Source of the DNA: Lama glama
Taxonomy: Eukaryota
Length of the DNA: 64,000 nt
Assembly: GCA_028534125.1 (NCBI GenBank)
Contig: CM052817.1
Span: 61,568,001 to 61,632,000, forward strand
Direction of reading: 5' to 3'
A model generated the notes under the pieces. That model was not told the origin of the DNA and ran no database searches. It saw only the letters and a list, made by a program, of their open reading frames with translations. Shown piece by piece: positions 38,641 to 52,049 of this stretch. Every line of letters begins with the position of its first letter. The stretch's first letter is position 1. The position numbers and the translations under genes were made by a program.

Positions 38641-40619
38641 ATAACCCACATTCCTCTTTCCTGCCTGTTGAAATGTTGCCTTTTAAGGTCCATATCAAAT
38701 AGTCTCCTTGTTGGTGTCCTCTGATTCTCTGACACCCAGAATACTTTTTCTTTTTTAATGAAATGAAAATCAGTAGAAACTTCCTTATTCCTGATTGTGA
38801 ATTTTTAGAATATCTCATTTGTCTTGTCTACCCAGAGATGCCAGATATTCCCTGGATTAGTGTCTTATGTGCAATAGATTCTTAGAAGAATGTTTTCTGA
38901 ATAAAGTTAAGCGAGAAAACCCAATCCTTAGAGTACAGCTTCTGAAAAGATACAGATGACCCCAACACTCTCTGCTCCAGCCCTTCTTCCATGTCTCATT
39001 TATTTCACCGCAGTTTGTGAGGACTGAAAAACAAAAAGGCAAAAAAAGTTTGTCACATAAGTTACCAGTAATTCACACAGTGGAGGGGATCAATTCAAAA
39101 TTTTTCCCTGTTGAAACCTAGTTAATGTCAGAAGATGGAAATGATAGGAAATTTGAGGACAAGGAGGAAAGTAGTTTAGGAGCAGAGAGGACTTGGTGAT
39201 AAGGGTAAAATGTGTGAATTCTACCTTGGGATTCTGGGGACAGTAAGATAATTACTAGTAGTAGGGACTAGAATGAAGGTTGAGTAAGAGGTGAGATGAT
39301 ACCAATGACAAACGTAACTTCTTTTGAAAAATTTCTAGTGTCATCTTAACCAGAACCTTCCTCTTCCAGTCTGGCCTCAGGAACCAGAATGCAGTTTAGT
39401 CCCCACTGATGTTATGGCTCAGATATGTTGTGGGGACCCTACCTAACAAATGTGCTCACATTTCACAGACTCAATCAGTGAGTGCCTGGAGCACCACCTG
39501 CTCACTCCTGAGTGGAAACTGCATAAAATACAGTTACACACAATTAAACTTATTTTCTTGTAAGTTCAAAGAATCATTTTTAATACTTAACATAAAATCA
39601 TTTAATGGGAGTAATTTAAGAAAAGGGAGGAATTGAAAGAAAACAGTAGGCTAAGAATTAGACAATAGAAATAGATATGAAAAAATTGGAAAAACTACAT
39701 GAGAGTGAAATTGTATTAAATTATTTAAATCACATGCTTGATGGTGACCAAAGAGGGTTTATTAATATTTTCAAAGTCGGAAAAATTTTGCAAAACAAGG
39801 AAATTCTGGAGGGTAGGCAGCTGAGGAAAAAAATATTTGGAAGTCGTTAGGTATGTCCTTGGGAGATACAGATAGCAAAATGGCTGATTTTGGAAAGTTA
39901 ACTATTCTCCCCAAGTCTCTTGAAAGATTGTGGACTAGCTGAAGTTGTATTTCCCTCTTTAGAAAATGTTTCAACACTGAAAGATGTAGCAAGGGAACCA
40001 CGAAGTGAAGAAGTTATGTACTTTTCCAAAATAAACACGCTAATTGTAAACTTTCATCAAATAGTGTTTTCTTTTTGTTTGCGTGCTTGTTTTTTTTTTT
40101 TAAAGTTTAAATGTATTTAAAGAAAAGAAATATCTTTTCCCTAGGAGGTCAACTTGTGTTTCAGGGTTCCTACACTCCCCGTCCAGAACTGCAGGCATAA
40201 TTTGACGTGTTAAGTGTGTTTTTTTTTACGAGGTGTGTTAACGTTTTATCAACTTCTCAAAAGTGTCAATGGCCCTGAAAAGTTTCAGTCCACTGCGCTA
40301 GATCATCTTTGGGAGCCCCTTGCAGCTCTCACTGACCAGTAATTCCACAAATCTTTGTTCCTCAAATGTAGGTTTTTTGAAATCCCTGTAACACATGACC
40401 AAGAAAGCATCTGTGATTGAAATCGAGGTGAGGCTCTGCGAAGCAGGCTGAGCTCGGAAGTTCACCCTGGATGCAGGGCGGTGGAAGGGCGAGAGGCAGT
40501 GGGCTCCCCAAGTCCGCTCACCCTTCTTTACAGAGGCGGCGGCGCTGGGGCAGCTCCAAGTGCGTCGAGAAGTGTAATCCCTTCGTTAAGTACTTGGCTC
40601 TCAGTCTCCAATCACTAGT

Positions 40620-40869
40620 GGGAGCTGGAGAGGGCAAGTGAAAAAAAAAAAATTCCAGAGGCAGCCGAGGAGCGAGAGGGGGAAAAAAAAAGTCCGGCGG
40701 CGGCGGCGGCGGCGGCGGCGGCAGAGCGGCCACGGCGGCCAGAAGTTGACGGCACGGCCGTGCACGGGGCGCGGAGTGCGCGCGGGGCCTGCGGGGCGCC
40801 GGAACCGGCCGGGGACCCGGGACGGCGGGGCGGCGGCGCCGAGGACGCCAGGGCCGGGTGCAGCAGCCG
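40620..40869 (+). other. Probable non-coding first exon (5' UTR) of an unidentified gene; start approximate
   Basis: Downstream of the CCAAT box, no ATG, ends at donor CCG|GTAAGG (intron from 40870), followed by the G-rich sequence typical of first introns. Confidence 0.75.
40696..40722 (+). repeat. (GGC)9 trinucleotide repeat
   Basis: Nine uninterrupted GGC units read directly from the sequence. Confidence 0.97.
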
Positions 40870-41424
40870 GTAAGGCGCGGGCGGGCGCGCGCGGTGGGGC
40901 GCCGTCCTCATCCTCGCGTGCGGTGGGCGGCCGAGCCGGCGCGAGCGGGCGGGCAGAGGGGGGCCCGGGTGGGCGGCAGCCGGGCGCGGGGCTCCGCAGG
41001 CGGCAGTCGCTCGGGGCGGGGGGGAGAGGAGAGCGAGCCGCACGGCCGTGGGGCGGCGGCCTCCCGGGCTTTGTGCGCGGGCGGCTCTGCCGGGACCCCC
41101 GGACCTCGTGCCCGCGCCGGCAAGGAGTCGGGGGCAGAGGCGGGACACGTGCTCCGGAGTTGGGGAAGGAGGGACGCGCCGAGGCGGGGATTCGGGACCT
41201 GCGCCCCGTGGGATGGGGCAGGAGGGTGAGCGGAGGGCAGCCCAGGAGTTGGGGGAAAGAGGGAGCCCCGCCGGCCAGAGGCGCGGAGCCCGCCGAGGCA
41301 GGACCCGCGGGCTCCCAGCTCCGTACGGAGCCACCTGCCCCGGGCGCCTCCTGAGACCCCGCGGCGGAGAAAGTGCGCAGCGGGCTGGTCCCGGCGCCTC
41401 GGACCTGCTCGTCGCTGCCGCTAT

Positions 41425-41700
41425 TGCTTGTCTCTGTCCCCCCGTCTGTTGCTCTGTCTCTCTCAGGTTCTCAGTGTCCCCTCCCCCCCATTCTCATTTC
41501 TGTCTTTCTCTCCCCACCCCCTGTTGTCTCTTTCAGTCTCCCTCTGTTTCTCTTTCTTCCCGCTCCTCTTTCTGTCTCTATCTGTCCTCTCCTCTGTCTC
41601 CCAGACTCTTTCGCGCGCGCTCTCATTTAGAGGCTGACTTTCTGCTCCTTGTCTCACTGTGTCTTGCTCTCTGCACCCATCAGTCTGCTCGGTCCTGTTT
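41425..41700. repeat. CT-rich low-complexity tract
   Basis: Repeated ctctgt/tctctc units with strong pyrimidine bias. Confidence 0.8.
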
Positions 41701-43559
41701 GTGTCAGGGCTCCATATTTCTGTCTGTCCCTTGCGGTGTTAGACTTGAGAGGAGACCCTCAGGAAGTTGTCCGGTGCGGTGTCTTTCTTCTTGAGCCGCG
41801 GCACCTCCAGTAGGGTTCTGGGTCCTTCGTATTTGTTCCCCACAGAATGGGAACTCTGGTTTCCTTCAGTTATTAGGAATTGCTCTTTTCTTAGTCACCT
41901 TTCCACCAAGGTGAGGTCAGTGACTGTGAGCAGCCACAAAGGTGCCAGTGAAAGAAAACAGAAGAAGAAAGCTGCTGATGGCCTCTAACATATAAAGTAC
42001 CAAATATACCTGCAATGGAGCTGAGCCACCTGAGAAAAGGTTCCTAGATTCTGGGAAGAAACACGAAAGGCTCCCACAGTGCTGAGAGGACTCAGCTGAA
42101 AATTATTTGAAAGAACGCTTAGGGAAATTCTTTGCTATCCTAAACTGATGCCAACTAATATCTGTTTTCTTAGATATATTTTTAAGATCCTAGTGACAGC
42201 TCTCCTAATTATTGTTTGGGGAAAATTATGGAAAATGTCCTGTGTCAACTGGGGCATGTGTCTTTAAGAAAATACTCAGTCTTTGTACTCTTATACCTCT
42301 TTACACTCTAGTGATCAAGAAGAATTATTTCTAACTGCAAAGAAAATAGGAAAGGATTTGTCAGTGATTTTAAAACATGAGACATTCCAGAGATCAATAA
42401 TTTCTTTGGAAAACGTTCACCATAAGGATGTTTTGAAGGATATTACATCTTCGTGAAATATGCATGTTATTACACACTTAGATCATTGTGCGATGCAAAA
42501 AAAGATTGTGTGCTGTAAGCAACTCATAGGAGTGATGGTTTTTTGTGGGAAACATAGCTGAGAAATTAATTGCTCTGATTTTCACTGTTTTCTTTACTCA
42601 TGTATAATGTACCTTTGTTTTTAGCAAAATATGGCCTAGGGCTACAAAACTTGATACAGTGCGTTATTTGTCCAATCTGAATTACCGTTTAGAAAACCAA
42701 CTTTTCCTTTTGGTCACAAGATATGAGTTGATATGATCTCATTACTCAAGTGCTAGAGTCTGGTGGTGAATTTTAATGGCACTGATTTGTGATTTTAAAT
42801 AAAAATGTTAGTTTTTGGTGAGTTAAAATCTTGATTTATGTCATGTTAGTGAATCAATCGCTGTTTATAGGGGCTTTGCCACCTTGTGTGCCAGGTGCTG
42901 TGCAGCATTTAGCCTGGGCAGGGTTTTCTGAAATTCGCTGTTAGATCATTGTCCCTGAGTGACGTGCTGCCCCTGCTCATGGTGTGCTCATATATGCCCT
43001 TCAGAATGTTCCAGTCATTAAATAATATTTATTAAAAGGAAATTGACTTAACTTTTTTCTTCATAAACATCGAAAATTGTTGAGGTGGCCTGATAAATTA
43101 TTTTTGTTACAGTAAGTACTGTATGCCTTGTGCTTTTAAATAAATAATACAATTTAAAGTGTGATTTTGGGGGGGTAGATAAAGCACCCTCCACTTTTCT
43201 TCAGCGCTCAACTCCTGTTTATCATTTAAATTGAAAGTCAGTTGTCGTCTACGCCAACCTAATAAAGCCTCTCCTAATTTTCATAAGCCGCCTCATGTCT
43301 GCCCCTCTGGCTTCAGTGCACGCCTCCCTCAGCGTTCACCTCTCTGCCGTGTGATAGCTCGGCTCTTCCTCTCGGGCTGTTTTCTCTTTGAGGTGAGATA
43401 GTGTCCTTTCCTTACCTTCCTTGTGTTGCAGATGCCCAGCACAGTACCTGCCTTATGATAGATACTCAGAAAATCCTCAAAGGATGATTTGTTCTCTTCC
43501 AATTTGTCTCTAACTTGTGGTGCTACCTTTTGTCGGTGCAGCACCTGAAGGGGGGAAAT

Positions 43560-43765
43560 ACTTTAGCATGGTGTAACAGCAGCTCAGAGACTGAGGGTTG
43601 AAGGAGTTGGAGAAAGCATCTCATCACACGTTAATATTGATGATGAAGCAGATGAGGCCCAAAGAATGTGAAAAACAGGCTCAGAACTAGACCATGAAGC
43701 CCCATGGGCTATAGAACTGAGACCTCGCGTTGTATTCCCGGGGCCACGGTTCTTCTCACTGGACT
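43560..43765 (-). mobile_element. MIR fragment
   Basis: 'atattgatgatgaagcagatgaggcccaaagaatgtgaaa...tagaactgagac'. Confidence 0.5.
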
Positions 43766-44139
43766 CATGCTTGCCTTCTTTCACTAGAAGTGGGTAAATC
43801 TGTCTATTATTAGAAGTTAACAATTGTTATTGAAATGCTGAAGACTTCTCATGCCAACTGATAAGTCCTGCATGAAATGTATCAGTTTGCAGTGACTGAC
43901 AGTAATTGGGTATACATATGCATGGAGGTGATACATGTCTTTTAGAACACTGACTTCTAAGTGCTTTTATGTATTAAGCATTGTTCTGGGTGTTAACTGT
44001 GTCAGCTTGGGTAGACTGAATTATTTCTACCTGCAAAAAAGATTTAAGCTCTCTGGACTTAAACTTTCTCCTCTGTAACTTTCTGTGTGTATGTTGAAGA
44101 GGGGTGAGGAGAAAAGAAAGGAAGTTTGGACCAGATTAA

Positions 44140-44283
44140 GGGCTCTTTTTGAAGTTTCTCTTCAGAGACCTATTTAACTCCCAGAACAACTGCAAATTCA
44201 TCTGTTTTACATATCAGGCTTCCCTGTGAGCTTTTGTTTGAAAAAAAGGCGAACTCAGTTTAAAAAAAGCTTGACGACCACTT
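44140..44283. mobile_element. hAT MITE (MER103-like)
   Basis: 'ttcatctgttttacatatcaggcttccctgtgag...aaaaaaagcttgacgaccact'. Confidence 0.5.
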
Positions 44284-44794
44284 CACGTGATGTTTTCCAA
44301 TCTCCCTTCCAGTTCTTGAATTTCATAATCAAGATAATTTCTAGCTTTTAAACCTGGGTATCTGGAGGATAGTTGATAGAAGTATTAAGGGTAGAAGGAG
44401 AAATGATTTTGCTGGAGAGGTACTAATTTCGGGTTTCCATATGCCAAATTTGATGTGATGGCAGAAATTGGAAGTAGAAGTGTTGTAGTATCAGAGGCAG
44501 GCCAGGGTGCAGAGGAGAGAGGGGCCAGGCCTGCACATAGAGATGTAAGATTAATTCATTTGCGCTGAATTAATGATTAAAATTAAGGAAAACTGAAACT
44601 TTAGGGATAGAGTCTGGAGAGAGAAATGAAGATTTGGGATAGAGAAGAGGGACATTTTATGTTACTTCTGAGTATTCTTAAAGCCGATCTGTAGTATTGA
44701 GATAAGAAAAAAAAAGGGTAATGCATGATTTACATCAGGCAGTAATCGATTTTCAAGAGTTTTAGAACATTTACTTACATGCCAGTTATCTTAA

Positions 44795-45410
44795 TTACAT
44801 TCATTTTTACTTAAATGTTGGAATGCCTACTCTTGACCTGGCGTTATTATATACTTTGGGCCACTGCTGTCGCTGAGCTCTCATTCTAGAGAGTGGAAGC
44901 ACGGCGAACTGTAAACAAGCGCATGAGTAAGATAGTCTCCAGTAGTGAGAATTGCCGTTAGGAGAATGAGACAGGGTGATACGACAGCGAGTGCTGGGGC
45001 TGCTTTATGTGAGGTGGTCAAGGAAGGCCTCTCTAAGGATGTTCCTGGACAGGAGTCAGCCCAGTGGAGATGTGGGAGAGCTTCCTGGCAGGGGGAACAT
45101 TAAGGCTGTCTCTGAAGCAGCAGCAGGCTGGCCACACTGGCAGTGAGGGGAAATGATAGAGATGAGGTCAGAGCGCTTGCTAGGCCCATGTTGTAAAGTA
45201 TGCATTTTATTCGAAGTACATTTTATTGAACCACCCTGGAGAATTTTAAATGGAAGCGAACAAATGTGGCTTAGCATGACTGTCTGTAGTGTGAGCAGCA
45301 ATGTCCGAAGATGATGTGGTGGGAGACCATGGGAAGGATCCAGCTGCATTTGGTGGTTTGGCCAAGGGTGGAACCTGGAGAGATTGATCAGACATTGTTC
45401 TTATCACTGA
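44795..45410 (-). mobile_element. L2 (L2a-like) 3' fragment
   Basis: 'gagctctcattctaga', 'ggtggtcaaggaaggcctctctaagga', 'gagatgaggtcagag', 'ggagaattttaaatgga'. Confidence 0.8.
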
Positions 45411-47149
45411 GCAAGAATAACTGGGTTGAATCATGCCGTGTGGTTTCCCCTGCCCCCACAGATCTTCACTGCAGCAATCCGCTGGCTCAGTGGTAGCTTT
45501 TACCTTTAAACTGTAGAGCTCAGCACCTCACAGTTCCCAGATGCCACCTTTTACCTTCCTTCAAATGCCTCCTGGGCTACAAGCAAGCTCCTTGGCTCAG
45601 AGGCTGCAGTATGTCTTGGGAAATGTTGTGGCAAGGTTCTTTAGGGCTCAGAGTGATCTTTGGACTACGTGGGGATGCTTGGCTCTTTGAACTAACGTCT
45701 CTACACCTCATCATACATAAATTTTGTGTGCTGGTTAAAAAGGAAAGGATGCAAGTCAGAATTCCTCTAATTAGGTTTTACTGTCATTTTTGTCTAACCC
45801 TCAGCTTTGAAGACTTTGCATGTTTCTTGAAAGACTTCACTGTAAAGTCCGTATTTTAGATCTGGATCTCACCCATCATATCCCAGCCCTTTGCAAAGAG
45901 CTAGTATATAGTAGGCGTTCAGTAAATATTTGTGGAAAGCTGTTGAGTGCAATCTATTAGACACCCGTAGCTTTGACTCTGCTGACTTTATTTTTCCTGT
46001 CTTTCAAAAAAATGTATGGCTGCATGTGCCTTCAGCTTTGGAAGTATTAAGTAGCAAGTTTGGAAATGATTTTTCTGCAGGTTGTATTTACTTATTGGCT
46101 AAAGGAAAAGAGATACAATCCAATATATCTTTATAACATTTGTTGCCTGGCTGTCTTGAGATAAACATTTTAGTCATTTTTATAGCAGTTAGATAGATAT
46201 GGACTTAAACAAGTACAGACACATCTGTCACTAGTTAATTTGGTGATTTATGAATCTGAAGTGATTCCAAGGAAGCCTGCAATGATGATGCCTTTGTCTA
46301 AATTAATCTCTTGATACAAATCAGTGAGTTTTATCTAACTAATACAGTTTACAATGATCTGTAAAAGGTACTAAATTATCAGTTTCTTCTCTGGAAACGA
46401 GCTACTATTCTGCTGTTGTCCGATGACATTTAGCTACACTAGTGCACATAATGGGGGCTTATCCCCAAATCCTTCCTCTTATTGCAGAATGTAGTACGGT
46501 ACTCAAGTGGGCTTCACAAGCAACTTGGCATTACCTCGCTTCTACATGTCTAGCAGTTCTCTTTCACTGTTGCTTTAGATCCTTTTTCAATAAGTAGAGA
46601 GTCCCTTCTGTATCTGAGTGTCCTCTCTTCCTGTCTAACTCCATTTTGCTGAAACCTCATGCGTTACACCCACTGGCTTCCCGTCCCTGCACGGGAAGTC
46701 CCTGATCTCCTGAAGGGACCCTTCTCTTGGGCTGGCTGTCTCTCAGGATACCAGTAGTCTCTGGAATTAGCTCCTCTGCTTTTACTATCCTGATTGACTG
46801 CACTACCCTTCTTTTACACTCCTGCCTATGCTTTGTTAAATTGTTTGTTTGTAAATAAATCCTCTTCAATTTATCAGAAGTTGTAACAGTTAAGTTCCCA
46901 TTTTCTGTTGATTCAGCTTCTGAAAGCTACCTCCTTTTCAGAGCCTTCTTGGATTGATAAGAGCAGTTGGCTCCCCTTAACTCTGTTGGACATCTGCTTT
47001 CCACCCCAAATAATATACTTCTATCCGTGCAATAATGGCTCAGAAAATGGCAATTGTTGTTATGTAAGTACTTTTCTGTCAAGCAGTTTGATTGCCTTAA
47101 ATTTTTTACTTGATAGTCTGTAAACCTTCCATGTATGTAATTTGGTTGT

Positions 47150-47370
47150 GTTTCATTCATTCTTTTATTCATTATTAACACAGTGTATATTTATAGACTC
47201 ACTGTTTAGGGCCATGCACTATTCTAGGCGTGGATACAAAAAAGCAGATATGTCCTTACTTGGGTTGAGGAGGGGACAAGAAATAAACAACATAGTATTT
47301 ACAAATCAAGTTGTGATTAGGGCTATGAAGGAAATAAACAAGGTACAGTGGTGGAGAGTCATAGAAAGGA
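47150..47370 (-). mobile_element. L2 3' tail
   Basis: 'ttcattcattc...ggccatgcactattctaggcgtggataca...gggctatgaaggaaataaa'. Confidence 0.7.
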
Positions 47371-48229
47371 GTATCATTTTCTTGATCACAAACAACTGAA
47401 AGAGGGGTGTTTCTAAGTGGCTTTTGTTAACCTGCATCTTTTATGCAAGCTCTTCATATGGGAATTTTAAAATTTTCCTGATGACATAATCTTCTTGGTA
47501 GGAGAATTAGAAATTGCAGGTAAACTTACAGAAAATAAATTTCCTTATTACCTAAAATTAATACTTTGATATACTACAATATATACTTTATGAAGGCTCT
47601 TGTGCTTTTTAATGTATTTTTAAACAAAAGTAAGATCACATGTTATTTTTTACTTACACTTTCACTTAACCGTATGTTGACAGCACCATTCTACATCGAT
47701 CTCTTCATTTTGAAACATAACATTGAGCGTATCATTTGATAATTAGTGATCACAGTGTTGCCAACTCCCTGTCAATTACATCTTTTAGGATTTTTAAAGT
47801 CAGATAGGCATGAAGAAGAAAATGGAAATGACCAGGAAACACAGATAACCTCTGGAAGTTAGGAGGCTCTTGGAACTTGAATATAGAAATGGCCTAAGTT
47901 ATGTAGATTTTTATTTAATCAAAATTCCTTTGTGTTAAGATGTTTGATAAAATTAAATGACAACAGAGAGGGAAAACAATTTAACCAAATTTCTCTCGTT
48001 TAGTAATTACACGCTAGAAAATTTTAAGCCTAACACCATTGCAAGTTATTTCTCACTCATCACATACTAACTGAGAAATTTGGGAGTTTGAAGTAGTGTG
48101 AGCTGTTCGGCCAGTTGGGGTGAGCAGTTTACATACAACAGTATGTTTTACTTGACTGCCTTTATTTTCATGAATAGTGGTTTTGTGGAATGGCAAGCGG
48201 TGTAGCCCGAGACGGATCTTGCGGGTGGC

Positions 48230-48465
48230 AGCACGGCCTACTGGTTAACTGTGGGGACTCTGGAGTCGGCCTTCTTGTCACTTATTAGGTGTGTGACCTT
48301 GGGCAAGTTACTGACCCTTCTTGTGTTTCAGCTTCATCTGTAAAAGGGGAATGACAATAATAGCGATTACTTCGTAAGTTTACTTGCGGATTAGAAGAGT
48401 GAATATTTGTAAAGCATTCAGAACAATGTCATAGTAAACACCACAGGCATTCATTATGTAAATAA
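48230..48465 (+). mobile_element. MIR SINE
   Basis: 'ggactctggagtcgg...cacttattaggtgtgtgaccttgggcaagttactgacc...catctgtaaaagggga'. Confidence 0.85.
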
Positions 48466-51400
48466 GTGATCAAAGAAATTTGGGCATTGCTGACACTTTT
48501 AAACTGCAAGCATTCGCTGAGCCTTGATGATGCTAATATGCATTGTGACCGTCTCCGAAAAAAGGGGTTTTTGACCTTGGGACTTGTTTTTTCCCTGCAT
48601 TTATCGTTGGACTAATGTTCCTCAGAACATACTTTAGGAAAAATTGATACAAATAATTGGCTAAACATTTCACCAGTCTATTGTCTCCTGAGAGAAAGGG
48701 ACCATTCTTATTGCCAGGACTTGTTCCTCTACCTGTCACACCTGTTAAAGAGTAGGAACTCCGTTCTTCTTGTGCCTCCCCCCTTTTTTCTTTTTAAAAG
48801 TGAGTTCATTTCCCAGAGAAAGACTTGATGTCAGTATAGATGTGAGTATTCTCTGGGCCTCTGAGGCTCACTGAGCCAGGGTTTACAGTGTGTAATATCT
48901 TCTGAAAAGCGACTTCTCTGTGTAGTTTTCTGGTGAAGAATACATATCCCTTGAAGTGAACTTGAGAAATACAAGGAATTGTAACAAAAATCACTCTCTT
49001 GTGCTGCGCAGAAATAGCTACTTATTAACATTTTGGCTCTTTTTTTCTTTGCAAAATTGGTAGCATAATGTAGTATGGTTTTGAGTCCTGCCTTTCTTTT
49101 TCATTTGACTTTATATAATATTCTCAATCCCAGACATGCAGTGACTTCTGGCCTTCAGATGATTGGTCATCTACATTTCAAAAGAGCTTCCTTCCTTCCT
49201 TACCCAGTTCTGTGGCCAGAGACAATATGAAAATAAAATGGTGTATCTAGAATGAGTTTCTCATTTTAAGTGTTCTCGGAAATTGGAACCACCTGGTAAG
49301 CAGTTGGCAGTTCTGTTTAAGAGACCTGGAGTAGGTGACCTCAGGTTGCTTCATTTTTATGAGTCATTCCAGTGTTCCAGCCAGCAGCCAGATGGACGCA
49401 CAAGAATCCATGACCAGACTGCTTCGGAGGCATTACTTACTCATCCTGAGTGACTGTGAGTGAACTTATATAATGTTGAGATTAACTTGGAAAAGCTATC
49501 CAGGGAAGCCTGAATTATTCCAGAATAAATTAAACTATTATTTAACTTTTAAATAATTTTTTTCTCTCCATTGAATGTTGGAGGTGTAGGAGTATAATAA
49601 TAAACTAATACGGAGGACAAACATTGCCTCTAAGTATTTTTATCTTCTATAATTTTATAATTTTGAATGGGAAAGACAGTATTGCCTTTATATATCAGTA
49701 CCTAATGTAAAGACTTGGAAAAATACTTATTGTTGTAGATTTTACCCTGTGTACTTCGTAAATGATGGATGCTGTTGTGATTAAAATATATCTGCACAGG
49801 AAGTCCTTCTCCATTCAAAATACTTCCACAGTTTTGAATCTTTATCTCAAGATTAAATCAATCACACTTTAAAACATTTATCTTTAACATCTGTAGCAAA
49901 TGAAAATATTTAAATTCTTTCTGAAGAGGAAAACCATACTATACTGTTTAATTGAATTAAATTAGCTTTTCATGGAAATTTACCTAGGAGCTGTTTCTGG
50001 AACCAATTTGGAAAATGATCTTTGTATTCTGTGGCATTTATGTTTGATTATGTTTTTCTTAGTAATTCTCAGTGGACCTGATTCACTCCTTGCTTCAGTC
50101 ATCAAACCCTTGCAATTTTTGTAGGCAAATTAGGCATTTCCTACCCCATAATTATGCATATTTATGGAATAATGTATGCTTTCTCCTTAAGTAAAGATGG
50201 TATAAGAAATTCTTAATTCTGTAACTGAAAATTATCTAAATTTTAGCATTTTAACATGCTATAGAGTATATTAAGGCTGAAATAAAAACAGTCATATAAA
50301 TTAATGTCTTCCCAAAAATGTTTTGTACAGTTTAGGTTTTGACACCTTTTAGTGCTGGTGTTTCTAAAAATGGCAGATAATTCAAAACTTCTTGTAAATA
50401 TATTGCCTTGAAACAGTCTGTACTTCAGGCATATCAGATTTTGTGCAATACATTTTCTGTATTTTCTCTTACATTGTAATGTTATTTCACACAGCCATGA
50501 AGAATTTGAAAATTGCTCAGAAAAACTCAATTTTCAGGTTTTTTTGCTGTAAAATTTATCCTTTGTGATCAACGGCATAGGGGATATATTTCATATGCTT
50601 GGACAAGGGAGTATGACTTAATGTTTTTATTTCTGGAATACTTCCTATTTCGCAGTTTAAAGATATTGAAAACATCTTCAGCTTTTTATAAAAACCTTTG
50701 CCGGCATTTGCTGCAATCCTGATGTTAGAGCTGCAGCTCTTTTCTCCTCATCTTTGTTCACCTTCCCAATCCCCCACCCCTCCTTCTTCCTTGTTCTCAC
50801 CTTTGCAGTTGATTTGAAATCACTGTTTGCTCTAACTACTTTTTTTTTCTATTAAAACATGCTCATTTCTGTGATCCTGAACCTGTAGGGTATTTCCAGG
50901 GTCCTTCTAGCTTTATACCATCCTCTGACTGATGGGAGTTTTGACTAAGTTATTGTAATTGGAATGATGACTTAGTATTCTCTAGATGTAATCTTAAAAT
51001 ACTTTAATAATAGAATATTATTAGAATTATTAATAGAATAGAAGATGCATTTCTATTTTGTTAAGAAATCACTTATTACATAATTTCACTCGAAGTATTT
51101 TTATGAAATGCCCATGTTTTAAACATTTAAAGAAATGGGTTCTCATGGCTAAAAACTTAAAAATGGCACAAACACATATTATGTAAAATGTATTGCTCGA
51201 TTTACTTGGATATAGACATTTTTTCATTTTCATGCAGTTCTTTGATATACAGACATCTGTAACTGCATTGTATATGTTTTCACCAAATACTCTCTAGCTC
51301 CTATTTGAAATTTTGTGTATTCATAATTGTGGTTTGAAAGCTGTTAGGCATTCTTAAACATTTTTCTTGTAACTTACTAGCATGCAGCCTGGCTTACCAT

Positions 51401-52049
51401 GAGACTGTAAATTCCTTTTTTGGCTCATCTCTCTTAAACCTGGAAGGTATAATGCAGTTTAACAATAATATTTTACATCTTTAGTTTGTGAATAATGTCT
51501 TTCTTACAAATGGAATTATTAAATATTTATGCAATAAGAATGAACTTGATACCATATGTGTCAAAGAGATAATTGAGTCTTGCTCTAAGGGGAAAGATGT
51601 TTAAAATCATAATGATTCACTATCAAAAAATAAATGCAGAGCATAAACAAATGGAATATGGGAAAGACAAAATGAGAAGTCGATGAGAACATTCATGAAG
51701 TGCCAAGTTGATTCAGTCTTATTCTGTCTTTCAGTGGTGCCATCAGGGGAGATGTTAGGGAAGGCTATGACTAGTGTTCTGTGATTTCACTTTTAAAATT
51801 TAGAATTATATCCTTCAAATATCTTTGTTTTCCTCAATATAAACCACTGCTCTCTTTTTGGAACTGATTAGAATTTTTCAACGTGTTTAACTTCGTGGCT
51901 TTATGCTCGTGTGTTAAAGTTACAGCAGCAATTCCTTAGCTCTGTATCTGTCTTGTCCACAGTCTCCATTGTTGTGTAGAGTCTGTGAGTTTTGACATCT
52001 ATGTTTCCTTGTAACCTTCACCTTTCTAGATGGAAGGAATGCTAATCTA

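Larger units (their letters stand above)
40420..41450. promoter_or_regulatory. CpG island promoter
   Basis: About 1 kb of very GC- and CpG-dense sequence in an otherwise AT-rich, CpG-depleted window; ETS-like CGGAAGT at 40455 and CCAATCA at 40608. Confidence 0.95.

Noticed and set aside
40420..41450. Assigning a gene symbol to the promoter and first exon
   Set aside because: There is no coding sequence in the window and I do not reliably recognise the 5' UTR; a database search is needed
40518..41794. Long overlapping ORFs (238, 239, 248 aa and others) over the CpG island
   Set aside because: Stop codons are scarce in very GC-rich DNA; the peptides are low-complexity R/G/P/A, occur on both strands and cross the splice donor at 40870
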